From NCBI GenBank assembly GCA_004283055.1, contig SHLP01000008.1:668-64667 (forward strand): DNA of 64,000 nt. Reading direction: 5' to 3'. This document shows positions 63,109 to 64,000 of the stretch, one piece after another. The first letter of the stretch is position 1. The number at the start of each line of letters is the position of its first letter. Under the pieces are notes generated by a model. The model was not told where the DNA came from. It made no database searches and saw nothing but the letters and a program-made list of their open reading frames with translations. Source of the DNA: Deltaproteobacteria bacterium. GTDB taxonomy: Bacteria > Myxococcota_A > Polyangia > Polyangiales > Houyiibacteriaceae. The translations under genes and the position numbers were made by a program.

Positions 63109-63126
63109 AGGGGAAGGCCATATAGG
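63098..63126 (+). promoter_or_regulatory. candidate sigma70-type promoter TTGTCA-N17-TATAGG for the lycopene cyclase gene
   Basis: -35 at 63098-63103 (inside repeat 3) and -10 at 63121-63126. A GGGGAG Shine-Dalgarno at 63139-63144 precedes the ATG at 63147. Confidence 0.4.
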
Positions 63127-63146
63127 CCTAAAATGGCCGGGGAGCG

Positions 63147-64000
63147 ATGACCAACCTGCACGATCTCGCCGTGCTGGGGAGCGGGCCGGCTGCGCTGGCG
63201 GTCGCGTCGGCCTGCGTTCAACGAGGGGCGTCGGTCCTTCTCATCGCCCCCGAGCCGCACGCGGCTTGGCTTCCAAACTACTGCCTTTGGGCCGACGAAG
63301 TGCCCGTCGCGCTTCAAGATCTGACCGAGCAGTTCTGGCCCCGAGCAGCCGTGGCCACCACGCTTGCTCGTCGGAGCCTCGACCGTTCGTACGTCAAGCT
63401 CGACACCTTCGCGCTCCAGCAGCATTTCTGGGACGCGTTCCGCGGGGGGTCCGTCGGCGTGGTACCGAAGCGCGCGGTGCGTTTGGAGCACCAGCCCAGC
63501 TCCACCACGGTTCACACGGAGGACGGAACCGAGCACCGGGTCCGGGTGGTGATCGACGCATCGGGAGCAGGCACGCCCTTCGTGCGACGCGTTCACGCTC
63601 GGCCGCCGGCCTACCAAACCGCGTACGGCCTTCTCTTGGACGCGCCGCAGCACCGTTTCGATTCCTCGCAGTTGGTGCTCATGGATTTCCGACCCGGACC
63701 GACCGCCAGCCTGGAGCCGCCGTCCTTTTTGTACGTGCTCCCACTCGACGATGGTCGATTGTTCCTCGAGGAGACCTCGCTCGCGCGCCGACCAGCGATG
63801 TCGATGGGCACGCTGCGTGAGCGCCTGGAAACGCGCTTGACGTCGCTCGGCCTTGCTCGGAGCAGGCGTATCGGGCAAGAGCGATGCTCGATCGCGATGG
63901 GGCTAGGCTTGCCTGCACCTGTGCAATCTCTGGTCCCCTTCGGGGCTGCAGCGGGGATGGTGCATCCTGCGTCCGGCTACCTGATGGCCCATGTCCTGCG
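63147..64000 (+). CDS. lycopene cyclase family protein (CrtL/CrtY-type), 3' end beyond the window
   Basis: Own translation: MTNLHDLAVLGSGPAALAVASACVQRGASVLLIAPEP...LPNYCLWADEV ... FLYVLPLDDGRLFLEETSLA ... PFGAAAGMVHPASGY. These are the dinucleotide motif and the lycopene-cyclase conserved blocks. Not in the ORF track because no stop lies in the window. Confidence 0.8.
   Translation, partial: MTNLHDLAVLGSGPAALAVASACVQRGASVLLIAPEPHAAWLPNYCLWADEVPVALQDLTEQFWPRAAVATTLARRSLDRSYVKLDTFALQQHFWDAFRGGSVGVVPKRAVRLEHQPSSTTVHTEDGTEHRVRVVIDASGAGTPFVRRVHARPPAYQTAYGLLLDAPQHRFDSSQLVLMDFRPGPTASLEPPSFLYVLPLDDGRLFLEETSLARRPAMSMGTLRERLETRLTSLGLARSRRIGQERCSIAMGLGLPAPVQSLVPFGAAAGMVHPASGYLMAHVL

Noticed and set aside
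1-64000. Searched by eye for CRISPR arrays, rRNA/tRNA genes, transposases, integrases, phage genes, toxin-antitoxin pairs and known defence systems.
   Set aside because: I saw no regularly spaced repeats, no RNA-gene-sized non-coding gaps (the largest gaps are about 200 nt), and no proteins with transposase, recombinase, reverse-transcriptase or nuclease-NTPase defence signatures.

Overview
High-GC, gene-dense chromosomal window with about 60 protein-coding genes on both strands and many 4-nt start/stop overlaps. I found no rRNA, tRNA, CRISPR array, transposase, integrase or phage gene. The protein repertoire looks myxobacterial (inference only): a lysine-rich H1-like protein, an InlB-B-repeat-like Cys-rich lipoprotein, an orphan LuxR-type regulator, a hemerythrin-GGDEF protein and a secreted patatin-like protein. 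Left to right the window holds: a Zn-ADH (partial), di-haem cytochrome c peroxidase and FadE-type acyl-CoA dehydrogenase; a PNPOx-like/PEP-utilising-enzyme pair; a Na+/solute symporter with GH30; a LuxR regulator; a GMC-oxidoreductase pair; a hemerythrin-diguanylate cyclase; two alpha/beta hydrolases; an H1-like protein; NDH-2; a DUF3604 / FAD-oxidoreductase / DUF2256-DUF3253 / photolyase block; a wHTH-kefG-kefC-type operon; purEK, pgl-gnd and ada; a eukaryote-type branching enzyme coupled to amylosucrase; a CrtI-family desaturase; an ABC-HlyD-TolC locus; dps; and a right-hand ~14 kb block of lipid/isoprenoid-modifying and carotenoid genes (Cfa-like methyltransferase, SDRs, DUF1295, DUF2236, DUF2141, SOUL, CrtU-like oxidoreductase, lycopene cyclase). 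Four observations stand out. (1) The ABC-MFP-OMF operon has an ABC subunit that keeps the fold but has lost every ATPase motif. (2) Two diverged paralogues of an unrecognised ~260-aa family each sit in a tightly coupled operon with membrane proteins inside the photo-oxidative-stress-like block. (3) Tandem 11-bp direct repeats of the CarH/LitR-operator type (nAnnTnnACAn) overlap the -35 boxes of the divergent carotenoid promoter, with a weaker second site at 59.5 kb, yet no cognate regulator lies in the window. (4) A perfect 8-bp inverted repeat brackets a TTGACA box between a small wHTH regulator and the ABC operon. All functional calls rest on motif and family recognition by eye; no database search was run.
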